Source: Deltaproteobacteria bacterium (GTDB taxonomy: Bacteria; Desulfobacterota; Dissulfuribacteria; Dissulfuribacterales; DYLC01). From it: a stretch of 64,000 bases of DNA. The notes below the pieces were generated by a model. It did not search any database. It was not told where the DNA came from and saw only the letters and a program-made list of their open reading frames with translations. Location of the stretch: contig JAQVIJ010000007.1 in the NCBI GenBank assembly GCA_028695735.1, positions 5,155-69,154 of the forward strand. Reading direction: 5' to 3'. This document shows, in pieces, positions 60,685 to 64,000 of this stretch. The position numbers and the translations under genes were made by a program. How positions within the stretch are numbered: the first letter of the stretch is position 1; each line of letters begins with the position of its first letter.

Positions 60685-62058
60685 ATGATAAAGCAGATCC
60701 TTTTGTGGTGTTTTGTGCTGTTGTTGCCTGTGAGTGTTCATGCACTGGACCTCAGGGACGCCTATGAGGCTGCCCTGAAAAACGATGCGGCCCTGCAGGT
60801 GGAGATCAAGACCATGGAGGCCGAAAAGGCCTATCTAGACCAGGCACGGGGTTATCGTTGGCCCAATCTGAACTTCAGTTCCTCTTATTCCAAGGCAGAG
60901 TACGAACGGCTGGATGTGCGCAGGGACATGCTCACCCTCAAACCCTATTATTTTACGGATTGGATAAATGAGGAGTATTATCAGTGGGCATTTACCCTGC
61001 AACAGCCCATATATGACCGCACCGTATCCAAGCGCATTCTATACGCAGAAAGTCGTGTGGCCTATTACGAGGCCAGAATCAAAAAGGCCAAGCAGGACCT
61101 TACCCAGCGAGTGGCGGAGGCCTATTGCAAAATGCTTTTGGCACGGGACGACTTGAATCTTGCCATTGCGGCTGAAGAGTCATACAAGGCCCAATGGGAG
61201 CGTCTGGATGAGTCCCTGAAATTAGGGCTTGCCAACAAGATGGATATGCTGGAGGCAAAGGTGCGCTATGACATGGCCAAAGCAGATGTATTGGCCAAGA
61301 CCGACACCCTGGAGGCGGCAAGGCTCGCACTGGAAAAGATCACAGGTCTGCCCGTAGAACTTGCAGAGGTCAAGGCCTTTCCCTTCGGCCCCTTTGATGC
61401 GGCCGGTCAAAGACAGCTTTCGGCCTATTTCAGCCAGAGTGTCCCTCCCTTTGAGACCTGGTTGTCCCTTGCTGTTCAGTTCAACCTGGACATAAAACTT
61501 GCCCAAAGGAATGTGGACATAGCCGATAAACAGATTGACATGGCCAAGGCAGAGCACTTTCCCACCCTGTATGCAGTGGGCCAGGTGAGCGATACAGACA
61601 CCATCGGCAGCACCATAGCAGGCCAGGACAGAAGGGGATATATCAAGTTTGACCTGCCCATCTTTAACGGTGGCCGCATCTCCGCCCATGTAAAGGAGAC
61701 CATATATCGCAAGGAGGCGGCTCAAGACTCGGAACGGGACACGCAAAGGCGTGTGGAGATAGATGTGCGCAATGCCTGGAATCAATACACCTCCCTTAGA
61801 AAACGTGTAGAGTCCCTGATCGACGCACAAAAGAGCGCGGAGCTATATTTAGCCGCTGCAGAGGAGGGCTATAACCTCAAGCTCAAGTCCCTTCTGGATG
61901 TCCTGGAGGCCCGTTCCCGGCTCTTTCAAATTCGCCGCGACCTGGCCTCAGCCTTTTATGAAGATATTATTGCCGCTATACAGCTTAAGAGCCTGGCAGG
62001 TGTAAGTGATGTGCTTTTGTGGCCTGACAGGATATTGGACATGACTTCTGCTCCGTAA
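60685..62058 (+). CDS. TolC-family outer membrane channel
   Basis: Signal peptide, A...P.L repeats, LPIFNGG, LLDVLEA. Confidence 0.92.
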   Translation: MIKQILLWCFVLLLPVSVHALDLRDAYEAALKNDAALQVEIKTMEAEKAYLDQARGYRWPNLNFSSSYSKAEYERLDVRRDMLTLKPYYFTDWINEEYYQWAFTLQQPIYDRTVSKRILYAESRVAYYEARIKKAKQDLTQRVAEAYCKMLLARDDLNLAIAAEESYKAQWERLDESLKLGLANKMDMLEAKVRYDMAKADVLAKTDTLEAARLALEKITGLPVELAEVKAFPFGPFDAAGQRQLSAYFSQSVPPFETWLSLAVQFNLDIKLAQRNVDIADKQIDMAKAEHFPTLYAVGQVSDTDTIGSTIAGQDRRGYIKFDLPIFNGGRISAHVKETIYRKEAAQDSERDTQRRVEIDVRNAWNQYTSLRKRVESLIDAQKSAELYLAAAEEGYNLKLKSLLDVLEARSRLFQIRRDLASAFYEDIIAAIQLKSLAGVSDVLLWPDRILDMTSAP

Positions 62059-62068
62059 AGGAGGTTTT

Positions 62069-62962
62069 ATGCTGAATACCTATCAAATCTACGAAGAGTT
62101 GTTGCAGACCATGGGAGATGATACCGCCAGGGTTTTGACCAGGACCCTGGGCCGGGTCTATGAGGACCTGCAAAATACGGTGACCAAGACGGAGTTCGGC
62201 GAACTAAAGGCTGTTGTGGATAAGTTGGCCGATGCCCAACTGCGCACTGAAGCCCGTTTGGATGTCGTGGCTCAGCGCATAAATGAACTGGCACAGGCCC
62301 AACTGCGCACAGAGGCCCGTCTGGATGTCCTGACGCAGCGTGTTGACTCCCTGGCCCAACGTATGGAGGAGTTAGTCGAGGCTCAGCGTCGCACCGAGGC
62401 ACGTCTGGATGCACTGACTCAGCGCATGGAGGAGTTAGCACAGGCCCAACTGCGCACCGATGCCCGTCTGGACGCCCTGACGCAGCGTGTCGACTCCCTG
62501 GCCCAGCGCATGGAGGAGCTGGCCCAGGCCCAAAAGAAGACAGAGGAGTGTCTTCAGGCCCTGATTGGCCGTGTGGACAAGGTGGAGCAGCGCCTGGAAG
62601 GCCTTTCCAATTCCGTGGGCTATTCCTTGGAGGATCGCGCCTACAAGGCCCTGCCATCCCTGTTGGAGGCGCATGGCATTCGTGTGACCAGCCGAGTCAT
62701 TCGTCGTTATTTTGGTGAGATGCAGATCAACATCTTTGCCCATGCCCAAAAAGACGGCCAGGACATAGCTGTCATCGGCGAGTGTAAGGTGCGGCCCTCC
62801 AAAAAGGAGATCGACAAATTCTTGAAGCTTGCTGATATGGTCTGTCGTGATGCCGGCTTTCGAGACAGGGTCTTGGTGTTTGTGGCCAACGACTATCACC
62901 CCAATGTGGAGGCCTATCTTCAGGACAAGGGCATTTTGTACTTCTGGTCATATGAATTTTAG
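62069..62962 (+). CDS. Coiled-coil repeat protein with a C-terminal PD-(D/E)XK-like domain (DUF3782-like)
   Basis: Heptad repeats AQLRTEARLD, then GYSLED and QINIF...IGECK. Confidence 0.8.
   Translation: MLNTYQIYEELLQTMGDDTARVLTRTLGRVYEDLQNTVTKTEFGELKAVVDKLADAQLRTEARLDVVAQRINELAQAQLRTEARLDVLTQRVDSLAQRMEELVEAQRRTEARLDALTQRMEELAQAQLRTDARLDALTQRVDSLAQRMEELAQAQKKTEECLQALIGRVDKVEQRLEGLSNSVGYSLEDRAYKALPSLLEAHGIRVTSRVIRRYFGEMQINIFAHAQKDGQDIAVIGECKVRPSKKEIDKFLKLADMVCRDAGFRDRVLVFVANDYHPNVEAYLQDKGILYFWSYEF
62231..62545 (+). repeat. Intragenic tandem repeats of 63 and 84 bp
   Basis: Recurrent GCCCAACTGCGCACnGAnGCCCGTCTGGA units encoding alternating 21- and 28-aa repeats. Confidence 0.85.
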
Positions 62963-63018
62963 GTCTCAGTCAGGTCTTGCCACATCTTGAATACTTTTGA
63001 TTGGTTGAAAGGGATACT

Positions 63019-64000
63019 ATGAAAACAGCATTGATCACAGGGATTAGAGGCCAAGACGGTGCCTATCTGGCCAAATTATTGTTGGAAAAGGGTTATAAGG
63101 TCTATGGAGCTGACAGGCGCAGCGGCGATTCCAGCAACTGGCGGCTCAAGGAGCTCGGCATCGACTCTGATGTGCAAATCGTTTACATGGACCTCTTGGA
63201 ACTCACCAACATCCTGCGCACCATAGAGAAGATTCGGCCGGATGAGGTCTATAACTTAGCTGCCCAGAGCTTTGTGAAGGTCTCTTTTGATCAGCCCATT
63301 CTCACTGCTGACATCGATGCCATGGGTGTCTTGCGGCTTTTGGAGGCCCTTCGCACTTATAACCCGTCCGCCCGCTTCTACCAGGCATCCACCTCCGAGA
63401 TGTTCGGCAAGGTGCAAGAGGTGCCCCAGTCTGAAAAGACTCCTTTTCATCCCCGCAGCCCCTATGGAGTTGCCAAGCTGTTCAGCCACTGGATGACCGT
63501 CAACTATCGGGAATCCTACGGCATGTTCTGCTGTTCAGGCATCCTCTTCAACCATGAGTCCCCCCTGCGCGGTCTGGAGTTTGTGACTCGTAAGCTCACT
63601 CATGCCATCGCCCGCATTAAGGCAGGGCTTCAGGACAAGGTGGTGGTGGGCAATCTAAATGCCAAACGGGATTGGGGCTATGCACTGGAATATGTGGACG
63701 CCATGTGGCGCATGCTGCAACAGGAGACTCCGGATGACTATGTGGTCGCCACAGGCGAGACACACACGGTGCGGGAGTGGATCGAGTGTGCCTTTGCCGC
63801 AGCCGGCTATCGAATCGTCTGGAAGGGCTCCGGCGTAAATGAAAGGGGCCTAAACGCCCAAAACGGTCAGGTTTTGGTGGAGGTGTCAGAGGAGTTCTTC
63901 AGGCCTGCAGAGGTGGAGCTCCTCATAGGAGATGCCACCAAGGCCAGGGAAAGATTGGGTTGGCAGCCCCAGACCACCTTTCAACACCTGCTGGAGATCA
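63019..64000 (+). CDS. gmd: GDP-mannose 4,6-dehydratase (3' end runs off the window)
   Basis: Not in the ORF track. Manual translation gives [18 protein letters not shown]...YNLAAQSFV...[10 protein letters not shown]...PRSPYGVAK...FNHESPLRG. Confidence 0.96.
   Translation, partial: MKTALITGIRGQDGAYLAKLLLEKGYKVYGADRRSGDSSNWRLKELGIDSDVQIVYMDLLELTNILRTIEKIRPDEVYNLAAQSFVKVSFDQPILTADIDAMGVLRLLEALRTYNPSARFYQASTSEMFGKVQEVPQSEKTPFHPRSPYGVAKLFSHWMTVNYRESYGMFCCSGILFNHESPLRGLEFVTRKLTHAIARIKAGLQDKVVVGNLNAKRDWGYALEYVDAMWRMLQQETPDDYVVATGETHTVREWIECAFAAAGYRIVWKGSGVNERGLNAQNGQVLVEVSEEFFRPAEVELLIGDATKARERLGWQPQTTFQHLLEI

Overview
Bacterial chromosomal window, most likely a sulfur-cycling Desulfobacterota (deltaproteobacterial) organism; this is inferred from napMADGH, nrfHA and several sigma-54 regulators. 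Bases 1-~13200 look like a GC-richer genomic island inserted at the 3' end of tmRNA (ssrA, 13224-13577, minus strand). It carries an excisionase-type HTH gene, a type I restriction-modification operon with a Schlafen/AlbA_2-HATPase gene between hsdS and hsdR, and a yhiI-rbbA-yhhJ transporter. The rest is core-like chromosome: a cNMP-CBS-nucleotidyltransferase plus DEDDh exonuclease pair, sigma-54 regulators, a divergent GalT/HIT-like enzyme, lepA-pilD, pilMNOP with an apparently split secretin, nikR, a nrfHA-napMADGH nitrate-to-ammonia operon, radA, a ZraS-like kinase, a periplasmic rhodanese, xseB-ispA-dxs, a liv-type ABC transporter, a type I secretion system and gmd. The most unusual observations are: two covarying GGA-loop cloverleaf elements at 33.1-33.65 kb; the Schlafen-like gene in the PrrC position with a helically phased repeat array before hsdR; a PilQ N-domain-TPR protein separated from its secretin; an apparently catalytically dead bEBP; and a sigma-54-driven secreted Cys/Ca-loop repeat protein. 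All calls come from reading motifs by eye; no searches were run.
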